Positions 9,855-18,075 of a stretch of DNA of 64,000 nt are shown piece by piece (positions within the stretch are counted from its first letter, which is position 1; each line of letters starts with the position of its first letter). Origin of the DNA: Candidatus Bilamarchaeum dharawalense (GTDB taxonomy: Archaea; Micrarchaeota; Micrarchaeia; Anstonellales; Bilamarchaeaceae); the NCBI GenBank assembly GCA_902386555.1, contig CABMJJ010000001.1, forward strand, positions 5,381 to 69,380. Direction: 5' to 3'. The position numbers and the translations under genes are program-made. A model generated the notes under the pieces. That model had not been told where the DNA came from. It ran no database searches and saw only the letters and a program-made list of their open reading frames with translations.

Positions 9855-10326
9855 TTTCCTATTCAAGAAAAAACCAGTAACATTTGTAAAATTTCAAGAT
9901 ACATTTGGGAACTTTGAGATTCGTTATCCCAAAACCTGGAAATTTGATCACGATATTGCAGTTGTAGATGGTCAGTATACAAATTCTTTCTACTCAAATG
10001 ATAGTAATTTTATTATCGCGATTAATGCCAACATTCCAAGCAACTTCAATTTTCAAAAATATGCAAAAAATGAATTGGAAAGCCCAACTTCTGGAATATA
10101 TTCCAAAGCAATTAAATCAAAATTTCGTGGCTTGCCTGCATTCACAAGAGAATATGGCTATCGTTCTCAGGGAACGGATTATTTTGGTGGCGGAATTATG
10201 TTTTTTACTGGGAAACTAGTATTCTCAATAAGTTGGAGTGCACCAAAATCAAAAAAGGAGGATATGGACAAAATTTTTGGCCATATGCTAAAAAGCCTAG
10301 TGACCATAAGGGGAGTTGGAAGCTAG
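9790..10326 (+). CDS. hypothetical protein (start uncertain)
   Basis: ORF-track GTG start overlaps the upstream gene by 65 nt. An in-frame TTG at 9841 is an alternative start. No motif recognised. Confidence 0.45.
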   Translation: MALNTCRSIKIVRRRYGLPIFDFLFKKKPVTFVKFQDTFGNFEIRYPKTWKFDHDIAVVDGQYTNSFYSNDSNFIIAINANIPSNFNFQKYAKNELESPTSGIYSKAIKSKFRGLPAFTREYGYRSQGTDYFGGGIMFFTGKLVFSISWSAPKSKKEDMDKIFGHMLKSLVTIRGVGS

Positions 10327-10327
10327 T

Positions 10328-11245
10328 ATGGATTCGATTATACCAGAGAAATTCAAAGAACGCTATTGCCAGCTTGTTGATGACCCAGACAAATTTTTGT
10401 CAACATTAATGCAGTATACCCCACGATCATTCAGAGTTAACAGGTTGAAGGCAACTGTGGATGAAATAAAAGAACGGTTCGATGAGTATGGTATCGCGAT
10501 AAAACAGATGAGTTGGTATGGGGATGCTTTTGTATCTGAGAATCCGGAGATCGGAGCAACATTAGAACACTTCCTGGGTATGATCTACATCCAAGAAATA
10601 GTTTCCATGCTACCGCCAGTTATCATGCAGAAGGAACTTAAACAAGCTAAATTTGTTTTAGATGGTTGTGCTGCGCCAGGGTCTAAGACCACCCAGATGG
10701 CAGCCATAATGCAGAATAATGGCACCATAATTGCAAATGATCTGGCCTATGGACGCATTAGAGCACTAAAATTTAATATTGAAAAAACAGGCACTTTGAA
10801 TACTATCATAACCAACAGGGATCTTAGAACATTTCCCAATTATCAGTTCGATGCCATACTGCTTGATGCACCCTGCTCTGCTGAAGGAACTATGCGTAAA
10901 AATATGGAAGTTTTCTCAACCTGGAATGAAAGAGAGATCCAAAAACAGTGCAGAGTTCAAAAACCCCTTATCCTTAAGGCATTTGATCTTCTTGCTCCTG
11001 GTGGGGTAATGGTTTACTCCACCTGTACCTTTGCACCTGAAGAGAATGAAGGCGTGGTTGATTGGCTTTTAAAAAATAGACCAAATGCAAAACTCGAAAA
11101 GATAGCTATTGACGGTTTCAAGCTTTCTTCAGCAATTGAAGAATGGAATGGAGAAAAATTCGATTCAGAAATAACAAAAACTGCACGGGTTTGGCCACAT
11201 CACAACGACACTGGCGGTTTTTTCCTAGCGAGAGTGACAAAATGA
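10328..11245 (+). CDS. NOL1/NOP2/Sun-family RNA cytosine-C5 methyltransferase (copy 1)
   Basis: DGCAAPGSKTTQMA (SAM motif), LLDAPCSAEGTMRK and VYSTCTF (the two catalytic Cys motifs). ATG 10328 is preceded by GGGGAG. Confidence 0.85.
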   Translation: MDSIIPEKFKERYCQLVDDPDKFLSTLMQYTPRSFRVNRLKATVDEIKERFDEYGIAIKQMSWYGDAFVSENPEIGATLEHFLGMIYIQEIVSMLPPVIMQKELKQAKFVLDGCAAPGSKTTQMAAIMQNNGTIIANDLAYGRIRALKFNIEKTGTLNTIITNRDLRTFPNYQFDAILLDAPCSAEGTMRKNMEVFSTWNEREIQKQCRVQKPLILKAFDLLAPGGVMVYSTCTFAPEENEGVVDWLLKNRPNAKLEKIAIDGFKLSSAIEEWNGEKFDSEITKTARVWPHHNDTGGFFLARVTK

Positions 11246-11721
11246 GCTACGATGATGATTACGGTAACCCCGAGCCTGCAGATCCAAAGAAGATTCAAAG
11301 CGAAGTGTTAGCCTATCTTTACTCTCGTTTTGGCTTCGATCAAAAATTATTTGATAATTTTGGACTTTATCTTGGTTCAAAAGGCAAAATTTATCTGGGT
11401 CCAAAACAGTTGATCAAAGAGCCAAAAATAGTTACTTTAGGCATTATGATTGCCAGAGCAGATGGCGGAATAAAACCAACAACCAATCTATTTCAGATTT
11501 TTGGTAAACAAATAACAAAAAATTACATTAAAATCTCAAAAGAACAGGCAATTGTCTATGTTAAGGGTGAGGACATGAACCTGGGTGACATCCAAAATGC
11601 CAGCGATGGTTATGTTCTTATCAAATACGGCGACATTCCATTGGGTTGTGGCTTCCTTAAAGGACATGCATTGAAGAATATGATGCCAAAAGCAAAAAGA
11701 ATAGGGTTGAAGTATATCTAA
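11242..11721 (+). CDS. PUA-like RNA-binding partner of the NSUN methyltransferase (copy 1)
   Basis: ATG overlaps the upstream TGA (ATGA at 11242-11245). 159 aa. ...GYVLIKYGDIPLGCGFLKG... resembles a PUA-type C-terminal strand pattern. Paralog of 32902..33336. Confidence 0.55.
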   Translation: MSYDDDYGNPEPADPKKIQSEVLAYLYSRFGFDQKLFDNFGLYLGSKGKIYLGPKQLIKEPKIVTLGIMIARADGGIKPTTNLFQIFGKQITKNYIKISKEQAIVYVKGEDMNLGDIQNASDGYVLIKYGDIPLGCGFLKGHALKNMMPKAKRIGLKYI

Positions 11722-12201
11722 TTATTTACATTCCTTAAGCTCTCTGGCAACCTCTTGTTTTTCCCATGGATAGATTACCCATTTATTTGTTTTTGATAGG
11801 TAGTAATCAGGTTTGAAACTGGTTTTGGGTTTGAAATGTAATGTTGCAAATTTCACTTCCCTGGGTTTTTTATCGTTAATAAATTTTTTGATCACCATCA
11901 AACTTTTTCCAGTGTCAGAAATATCATCAACAACCAGAACCTTTTTACCGCTGATTTGCATATCCTGCCCTTGTGTGATTCTAGGTTCATCAGGAGCATG
12001 TCCGATGGATCGATAAAATTGAACGCGAAGAACACATACGTCATGAATATCTAGAAGATCAGACAGTATGCGAACAGGTACAAGACCCCCACGGGAAATG
12101 CCAATTAGAACGTCTGGTTGATAGGACTTGACTTTATTACTAAGTTTAATGCATAATTTTTCAGCTTGAGTCCAAGAGATGGGAAGAAATTCCATAAACA
12201 A
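11722..12201 (-). CDS. purine (hypoxanthine/guanine-type) phosphoribosyltransferase
   Basis: PRPP-binding motif KKVLVVDDISDTGKSL. IGISRGGLVPVRIL. 159 aa. Confidence 0.8.
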   Translation of the reverse strand: MFMEFLPISWTQAEKLCIKLSNKVKSYQPDVLIGISRGGLVPVRILSDLLDIHDVCVLRVQFYRSIGHAPDEPRITQGQDMQISGKKVLVVDDISDTGKSLMVIKKFINDKKPREVKFATLHFKPKTSFKPDYYLSKTNKWVIYPWEKQEVARELKECK

Positions 12202-12238
12202 AAATTTGACAGTTATATTTTATATACTTCATGATCGA

Positions 12239-12640
12239 ATGGAAATAATGGAAAATTGTATTTTTTGTAAGATAAAAGATAAGCAAATTCCTAGCTTCGA
12301 AATCTGGTCTGATGATAAATTTTATGCATTTCTAGATATTAACCCCATAAGTCCGGGCCACACTCTTCTTATACCCAAACAACATGTGGACTACCTATTT
12401 GATATTGACGAAAAACAATATTCTGAACTTTTTATGACGGCTAGGAAACTAGCACCTATGCTGAAAAGAGGAACTGGGGCAAAGAGAATAGGCATCATCG
12501 TTGAAGGGTTCCTTGTCCCTCATGCTCATATACATCTCGTTCCTTTGAACCAGGGAAACCAACTAAATCCAGCAAATGCAAAACCCATGGATAAGACTGA
12601 ATTGGCTAAAATTGCTGAAAGAATCAAGAATGTGCTTTAA
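12239..12640 (+). CDS. HIT (histidine triad) family hydrolase
   Basis: MENCIFCKIKDKQIP N-terminus and HAHIHLVP histidine triad. ATG 12239 or 12248 is the likely start. The ORF-track start at 12179 overlaps the divergent gene. Confidence 0.85.
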   Translation: MEIMENCIFCKIKDKQIPSFEIWSDDKFYAFLDINPISPGHTLLIPKQHVDYLFDIDEKQYSELFMTARKLAPMLKRGTGAKRIGIIVEGFLVPHAHIHLVPLNQGNQLNPANAKPMDKTELAKIAERIKNVL

Positions 12641-12690
12641 AACTTATCATCATAATTAAATGATAAGGTGAAAACCTGGTAAAAAATACA

Positions 12691-12834
12691 GTGGAAATTT
12701 GTGCCAACTGCGGTAAGATTTACAAAGGCGATTCAGAAACTTTTTCTTGCTTGAACTGTGGTTCAGACGTCTCAGTAGTTGTTCCGATGCATATGTTCAA
12801 ACATATGGTAAAAATGGGTGCAGCACAAGAATAA
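12691..12834 (+). CDS. zinc-ribbon mini-protein (47 aa, below ORF-track cutoff)
   Basis: Hand translation from GTG 12691: VEICANCGKIYKGDSETFSCLNCGSD...AAQE*. The CxxC-x12-CxxC layout parallels the N-terminus of the next ORF. The start codon is uncertain. Confidence 0.35.
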   Translation: MEICANCGKIYKGDSETFSCLNCGSDVSVVVPMHMFKHMVKMGAAQE

Positions 12835-12880
12835 ATTTGCCAGTCGTAAGCAATAAATATCCTGCTGGTGATATTGAGCC

Positions 12881-13189
12881 ATGGATGACACAATCGAAGT
12901 GTGTTCCGGTTGTGGAAAAATGCCTCGCGCCCTTGATAGTGCTGGGGGCAGTTTCGTATGCTCCAGATGTTCTAATCGTTCGACTATGTTTGTGACTGCT
13001 TCTGATTATGAAAAGGTAGTAACTGAACTGGATCAGAGTTTTCATCAGAATCTTCAAGCTAAAAAGATCCAAGAGGCTGCAAAATCACCGCTTATCCTAC
13101 CAAAACAAAAATCTTTGAAGAAAGTCTTAAAAAAATTAGTCAAAAAAACTGTAAAGAAGGCTGTAAAACCTAAGAAAAAGAGAAAATAA
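12881..13189 (+). CDS. zinc-ribbon protein with Lys-rich C-terminal tail
   Basis: EVCSGCGK...FVCSRCSNR zinc ribbon. C-terminal KKVLKKLVKKTVKKAVKPKKKRK, a nucleic-acid-binding-like tail. Confidence 0.6.
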   Translation: MDDTIEVCSGCGKMPRALDSAGGSFVCSRCSNRSTMFVTASDYEKVVTELDQSFHQNLQAKKIQEAAKSPLILPKQKSLKKVLKKLVKKTVKKAVKPKKKRK

Positions 13190-13450
13190 ATGGACGTCTT
13201 ATATAAAATGATAATTACGAAGATAGGCTATGCTCATTGCTCTAGGGGTTCTGTTATGTGTCCTAAATGTAAAGAAGCAGAAGCACGAACACCAGATTTT
13301 GCCCTAGTTAAGCTATTTAGCTATGCTGAAACATCGTTTCCTAGTATCGAGTATAATAACAAGTGGTACGCCTATGAAATAGTCGAAAGATTTACCGATG
13401 AAAAGGAAATGTTAGAGTATTCTAATTCTAAAAGTATTGAAATTTACTAA
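13190..13450 (+). CDS. small hypothetical protein with one CxxC
   Basis: 86-aa ORF abutting the previous stop (TAA ATG). Contains CPKC. No further motif. Confidence 0.45.
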   Translation: MDVLYKMIITKIGYAHCSRGSVMCPKCKEAEARTPDFALVKLFSYAETSFPSIEYNNKWYAYEIVERFTDEKEMLEYSNSKSIEIY

Positions 13451-14496
13451 AAAAGATGGGCGTTGCTGAATCTAATACCCTGCCCTATCCCACAAATCAA
13501 TACCCTCTTAACGCCATTGGTCTCCTTTAGAATTTTTTCTATTTGATTGGCGTATTTTGCAGTGGTGTATACGTGAGCATTGGGTCCGGCATCAAATGTG
13601 TAGGCAGCAACAGGATTTGATGATGTGTCCCATCCCACAGATGGATCGTAATGACAATCAAAACCATTTTGTTGGTTAAATTCCATCACTTTTTTCCGTA
13701 CCTCGTTGGATGTGTTGTTCAAATAAACAACAGGAGGTTCAGAATCAGCCATGACGGCGTGCATGTTATCACTGTCTTGCATTATTTCATAGGCCATTGC
13801 TTGAAAATCATTGTTTTTTACTGCAGATCGTACAATCTGTAAACGCTTTCCAACATCTATCAGTCTTTGTTTGAATAATTTAGAATGTGCGATGCGTTTC
13901 ATACCTTCAACAGAACTAATCTTTTTCTCTTCTTCCGAGATAATGGCGATTACATTTCTAAGATCTTTCCACTTGTCTGGTGGGGATAGTTGTTCTGAAT
14001 AGGAATCACTACCGTTTTTTAACTTTCCAGCATGCCATTCAACAGCTCCACCAAATACGGATCTGGAAGCTGAACCACTCCCCTGACGAGCTAATATGGA
14101 TATTTCCTTCAAACTTAGATCCAATTCAAATGCTTTTGACCCCGCCGCAGCTAAAGCAGCAAACCCAGATGCTGAAGAAGCCAGCCCTGCGGATTTTGGA
14201 AAACTATTCTTAGAATAGACTCTTGCATGAGCCTTTGTTTTTACCATTTTTCTTAGGATATCCAAAAATTTCTCGACACGATTCGTTTCTTTTTCTGTAC
14301 CCTGCTGACCATTAAGAGATAGTTCGTCATGTTTAAGACTTGGATCAAGTTCTACAGTTGTGATTGTCTGAAGCTGGTCGTCCATAGTAAAAGAAATGCT
14401 ATTATTAGTAGGCAGATTTAGATCATAATCTCTTTTCCCCCAATACTTGACAATGGCAATATTTGAATTAGAAAGAGCAGTATATTTCATATGCAT
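13447..14496 (-). CDS. mvaD: mevalonate-pathway decarboxylase of the GHMP family (diphospho- or phosphomevalonate decarboxylase)
   Basis: NIAIVKYWGKRD N-terminal block, GLASSASGFAALA GHMP motif, AYTFDAGPNAHV near the C-terminus. Confidence 0.85.
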   Translation of the reverse strand: MHMKYTALSNSNIAIVKYWGKRDYDLNLPTNNSISFTMDDQLQTITTVELDPSLKHDELSLNGQQGTEKETNRVEKFLDILRKMVKTKAHARVYSKNSFPKSAGLASSASGFAALAAAGSKAFELDLSLKEISILARQGSGSASRSVFGGAVEWHAGKLKNGSDSYSEQLSPPDKWKDLRNVIAIISEEEKKISSVEGMKRIAHSKLFKQRLIDVGKRLQIVRSAVKNNDFQAMAYEIMQDSDNMHAVMADSEPPVVYLNNTSNEVRKKVMEFNQQNGFDCHYDPSVGWDTSSNPVAAYTFDAGPNAHVYTTAKYANQIEKILKETNGVKRVLICGIGQGIRFSNAHLF

Positions 14497-14584
14497 ACTA
14501 ACATATTATTTGTTTTAAAAATTATCATAACTAGGAGAATCTAATATTCTTTTAGAATTTCTTAAATACTCTTATATTTTATAA

Positions 14585-14630
14585 TATTATGGTTATAGAA
14601 AAAGGTTTTTAAAGTAAATTAACCATAATA
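14585..14630. promoter_or_regulatory. 11-bp perfect inverted repeat in divergent promoter/leader region
   Basis: TATTATGGTTA (14585-14595) and TAACCATAATA (14620-14630) are separated by 24 nt and end 12 nt before ATG 14643. Confidence 0.3.
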
Positions 14631-14642
14631 ATACTGAGGCCT

Positions 14643-14999
14643 ATGCATCAAACACGTTTTTCTCTACCAGTAGTTATAGTTGGATTGGGTTTAGCTGTAA
14701 TAGCTGCAAAAGTAAAACCACCACCAGAACCTAAAGAAAAATTATTTAGTATGGCAGGCCAAGTAGAATGTGTTGATGGGGATCGTGTTAAACTAACTGC
14801 AGAATTAGGAATTAGACAAAAATCCGCATTTTTACCTGATTTGTTCACAACAGAACGAGTATCGGATAAATTATCTGTTCGCAATAGAAGCGGCGACGTT
14901 TGGATTGAACATATATTACCGGCAAAAAATGGGTTTCATGTTTATTTATCTGACGGTGTACATACGGTAATGGTATCAGCACCAAAATGCAGGGATTAG
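14643..14999 (+). CDS. hypothetical membrane-anchored protein
   Basis: 118 aa with an N-terminal TM (LPVVIVGLGLAVIAA). Its stop abuts the next ATG (TAG ATG). Confidence 0.5.
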   Translation: MHQTRFSLPVVIVGLGLAVIAAKVKPPPEPKEKLFSMAGQVECVDGDRVKLTAELGIRQKSAFLPDLFTTERVSDKLSVRNRSGDVWIEHILPAKNGFHVYLSDGVHTVMVSAPKCRD

Positions 15000-16151
15000 A
15001 TGGGAATACTTCAAAGAAGAAAAGAAAGATTTGAACAACAACTTCCCAATGCAATCCAGGCATTTGCCAAATATTATGGTTTGGATCCTGAGATACTTCC
15101 ACCAGCAAAGATACTTTTTAGATCAATGACTTTTAAAGAAGTTAAAGAAACTTTTAGAAGAACACGAAAATGGAATGAGGAACGAGATCCACCATCAGAT
15201 AGGCAACTTAAGGTGATAACCTGGTTGAATAAGATAATGGGTGGATGTGGTATTGCTTATCATGTTTTTTTAAGTCCAAATATTCACGTCCCTGCAAGAT
15301 ATACTCACCTATTTTTACCAGATTTTGCCATTATTCCGATACTTGCACATGAATATTCCCACGTCGTTCAAAATGGCACTAGACTTTCAATATTAGATGC
15401 CGTTTACAGTTCTAGAGCTTCTAAAATTCATCAAACCGCAGTAGAAGGTCTTGCTTCCAGATTAAATAGATCTTTGATAGAAGAGATGAGACAGAATGGC
15501 CAGATGGGGATAAAGGACGAAATTTTAGGTAGATCATATCAATATGGTCTTAGAATTTTTGGGTCAGTTATGGCACCATTCTGTGCTGTTTTCAGCATGG
15601 TTCACTCAGTAGCTCGTTCTATTTTGTCTGACCAAACGGTCGTATCCCTAGTGGATAAACATCCTAAATGGTTTAGCTGGCTTATTCATCCATATACCGA
15701 TGGGGATAGATTTGTGAGAAGAGTAGAGGAGATGATAGGGGATAGAAAAAAAGCATTTGATTTGATTGCATATCGACCGCCATCTTCTGCTTCAGACCTT
15801 TTTGATCCAGAAAGATATGTCAGGTTTTACTCTGAAGATGTTGAAGCAAACAGAGTAGACAACCCCTATGAAACAGTATTATCCAAAGGTCAGATAGCCA
15901 AGGAAATTGATTTTACTAAAGACGAGTATGGCACATATACGGTTTATTATAATGGCAAGGAAGTGGGCCAGATAAGCTATTATGAAACCAGGTGTTTTAC
16001 AGGGAAAACCGAGACTGAGATAACATCATTCATAGCATACAGATTACAAGGTATGCATCCGGATTTCAAAAATAACACACTTTCTACAGACTTGGCGAAT
16101 AGAATTTATTTAGACCATATGATGTCAGCTGGATCTGACGTTGGGAACTAG
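15000..16151 (+). CDS. HExxH-motif protein (putative zinc metallopeptidase-like) with C-terminal GQIS-YET/MH-x2-FKN domain
   Basis: ILAHEYSHVVQ (HExxH). The C-terminal ~70 aa (YTVYYNGKEVGQISYYET...MHPDFKNNTLS...IYLD) is clearly similar to the C-termini of 30611..31024 and 31029..31421. Confidence 0.6.
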   Translation: MGILQRRKERFEQQLPNAIQAFAKYYGLDPEILPPAKILFRSMTFKEVKETFRRTRKWNEERDPPSDRQLKVITWLNKIMGGCGIAYHVFLSPNIHVPARYTHLFLPDFAIIPILAHEYSHVVQNGTRLSILDAVYSSRASKIHQTAVEGLASRLNRSLIEEMRQNGQMGIKDEILGRSYQYGLRIFGSVMAPFCAVFSMVHSVARSILSDQTVVSLVDKHPKWFSWLIHPYTDGDRFVRRVEEMIGDRKKAFDLIAYRPPSSASDLFDPERYVRFYSEDVEANRVDNPYETVLSKGQIAKEIDFTKDEYGTYTVYYNGKEVGQISYYETRCFTGKTETEITSFIAYRLQGMHPDFKNNTLSTDLANRIYLDHMMSAGSDVGN

Positions 16152-16199
16152 CATAAGAAAAGGAATACTTTATTTATTCCAGTTAGGTAAGTATCATAT

Positions 16200-16595
16200 A
16201 TGTCAGATATAACACCTAGGGACTTATTCGAAGCAATAAACAAAAACGACATTAAAAAAGTTAAACTTCTTCTGGATAATGGGGCAAATCCCAACTGGTC
16301 AAGTAATTGGCGCGAATATGAACCATTTGGAGGTTCCTCAGACGAATATGAAACTGCACTACACCTGGCAATGCAGATAGGCAATCCTGAAATTGTTAAA
16401 CTTCTTTTAGATAAAGGTGCTGAACCTACTTATAGACATAGTACCTTGACCCAGTACTCACCAACTTTTGGTGTTTCTGATATTATCTCCATGTTTGAAG
16501 CAGAAATAGAAAAACTCAAAAAAGAAAATAAGGAGACGGAAAAAATTAAAGGTTATCTTGAAACAATCTCTAAATTAAAAACCGCTTATAAGTAA
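16200..16595 (+). CDS. ankyrin-repeat protein
   Basis: KVKLLLDNGANPNW ... TALHLAMQIGNPEIVKLLLDKGAEP: two or three ankyrin repeats followed by a coiled-coil-like tail. Confidence 0.8.
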   Translation: MSDITPRDLFEAINKNDIKKVKLLLDNGANPNWSSNWREYEPFGGSSDEYETALHLAMQIGNPEIVKLLLDKGAEPTYRHSTLTQYSPTFGVSDIISMFEAEIEKLKKENKETEKIKGYLETISKLKTAYK

Positions 16596-16806
16596 ACCAG
16601 TCTTGTAGAAAAATAACCATATTAGTAAACCAATTTTTGTTTGGTTTGGTGGAATCTGATCCCATGGTTTACAACTACAATATGATATGGTAGATATGGC
16701 ACGCGGAAGTTAGCTTCCAGCTATGAAACTGGCCAAAAGAATGGTTTTGGATTGTTTTGGGGTGTTTTGAAGATACCATAGTGGTGTTTTTGTTAAGATG
16801 GTTTAC

Positions 16807-17106
16807 TTAAGAGATGTTAATCCATAAAATTAATATATAAACCATTAACCACAAGATTCCAATAAGAGTTCCACGGAATTTATCGATTTTGTAGGATAAC
16901 CTTTTCATAATTATTTTCAGGCCAGCGATCTCAATGATCAAAGGTATAATAATCAGTAAGAACAGTACCATTTCAAAAACAATTCCGAACATACCTTTTA
17001 GAAGACCCGTATTTATGGTAAATGATCGGAATATTGAATAGATACGAGCATCTATTCCACCTATGACCATCTGGACAAATGCACCGAGTAATACTACTAC
17101 GATCAT
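16807..17106 (-). CDS. small membrane protein
   Basis: 99 aa, three hydrophobic segments, no motif. Confidence 0.45.
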   Translation of the reverse strand: MIVVVLLGAFVQMVIGGIDARIYSIFRSFTINTGLLKGMFGIVFEMVLFLLIIIPLIIEIAGLKIIMKRLSYKIDKFRGTLIGILWLMVYILILWINIS

Positions 17107-17126
17107 GTGTATTATATCTTGAATTT

Positions 17127-17306
17127 TTATTTTTTCACCTTTTTTGTGCTAATCAAATTCGCAGAGCGAATTTCATCGGACAGAATCGGAAACCAGGGCT
17201 GAGAATGTCCACATTTCCTGCACAAAAATGCACTCGATCTTTTTCCAGTATCTGGTACTTTTGTTTTGTCACCGCATTTTGGACAAATGTTCATTTTTCC
17301 AGCCAT
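17127..17306 (-). CDS. zinc-ribbon mini-protein (59 aa, below ORF-track cutoff)
   Basis: Hand translation of the minus strand: MAGKMNICPKCGDKTKVPDTGKRSSAFLCRKCGHSQPWF...KKVKK*. The + strand ORF 17079..17318 covering this is an antisense shadow. Confidence 0.5.
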   Translation of the reverse strand: MAGKMNICPKCGDKTKVPDTGKRSSAFLCRKCGHSQPWFPILSDEIRSANLISTKKVKK

Positions 17307-17327
17307 AATAATCCCTAGTTTCTAAAC

Positions 17328-17498
17328 CTATTTTTTACCTCGTCTTTCCTTTCCACAAATACGATAATAGTCCTCTCCACCGCATTTTTTACATAAAAAT
17401 TCAGGAATATTTAATTCTGGAAAAACCTCGATACCACAGCAAGGCTCAACTATAACAATGGCACCACATTTTTTACAACGCATTTCAAATTTTTCCAT
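17328..17498 (-). CDS. zinc-ribbon mini-protein (56 aa, below ORF-track cutoff)
   Basis: Hand translation: MEKFEMRCKKCGAIVIVEPCCGIEVFPELNIPEFLCKKCGGEDYYRICGKERRGKK*. Confidence 0.5.
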   Translation of the reverse strand: MEKFEMRCKKCGAIVIVEPCCGIEVFPELNIPEFLCKKCGGEDYYRICGKERRGKK

Positions 17499-17527
17499 AT
17501 TCTTAATCTCTTTTAGAAATTCTAGAA

Positions 17528-17737
17528 CTATTTCTTACCAAGTGTGTTTATTCCTAAGATTGTATACAATGTACACGTTCCCAGAAAACCAGTAACTGTA
17601 AGGACTGCACCAGCAAGCATAACAACATAAGAGAGAAGAGGAACAAAAAACATATACCCTCCTATTACCAAACCTAACCCTAGGACAACTCTAATCATTT
17701 TGTCTACTTTTCCAACGTTTTTTTCACCAATTTTCAT
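17528..17737 (-). CDS. DUF2892 (YgaP-like) small membrane protein
   Basis: NVGKVDKMIRVVLGLGLVIGG...TGFLGTCTLYTILGINT matches the DUF2892 pattern. Confidence 0.7.
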   Translation of the reverse strand: MKIGEKNVGKVDKMIRVVLGLGLVIGGYMFFVPLLSYVVMLAGAVLTVTGFLGTCTLYTILGINTLGKK

Positions 17738-17745
17738 GATTTCAC

Positions 17746-18063
17746 CTATACTCTTGATACTTCGATTAGTATCTCTTTGTTTGGATAATTTTTCTTCAAA
17801 TAATCAATTAATTTTTTCTCTAAACCAGAACCGTGATGTTCTTCAACCAATCCAAGATGGTTAATTATTACCTTATCACTAACTCCGCCACTAGCAATTC
17901 CGATTAATTTTTCATTGTCATCAACTAAAAAGAGATAAAACCAGTTGGGAGCTGTTTTAAATTGTTTTTTTTCAGGGAAGATTTTCGAGTATAATCCGTC
18001 TATTTCCTCATGGCCGACTACCATACCATTGTCAAACGTATCCCCGAATTCAATCACTCGCAT
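17746..18063 (-). CDS. small GNAT-like protein (weak)
   Basis: LIGIASGG...INHLGLVEEHHGSGLEKKLIDYL resembles GNAT motif A. Only 105 aa. Confidence 0.35.
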   Translation of the reverse strand: MRVIEFGDTFDNGMVVGHEEIDGLYSKIFPEKKQFKTAPNWFYLFLVDDNEKLIGIASGGVSDKVIINHLGLVEEHHGSGLEKKLIDYLKKNYPNKEILIEVSRV

Positions 18064-18075
18064 TTCTACACCTGA

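Noticed and set aside
16596-16806. 210-nt intergenic region scanned for tRNA, C/D-box or H/ACA features
   Set aside because: It has only short local hairpins (AAACCAA/TTGGTTT; GGAAG/CTTCC), no T-loop, no RUGAUGA/CUGA box pair, and no GC enrichment.
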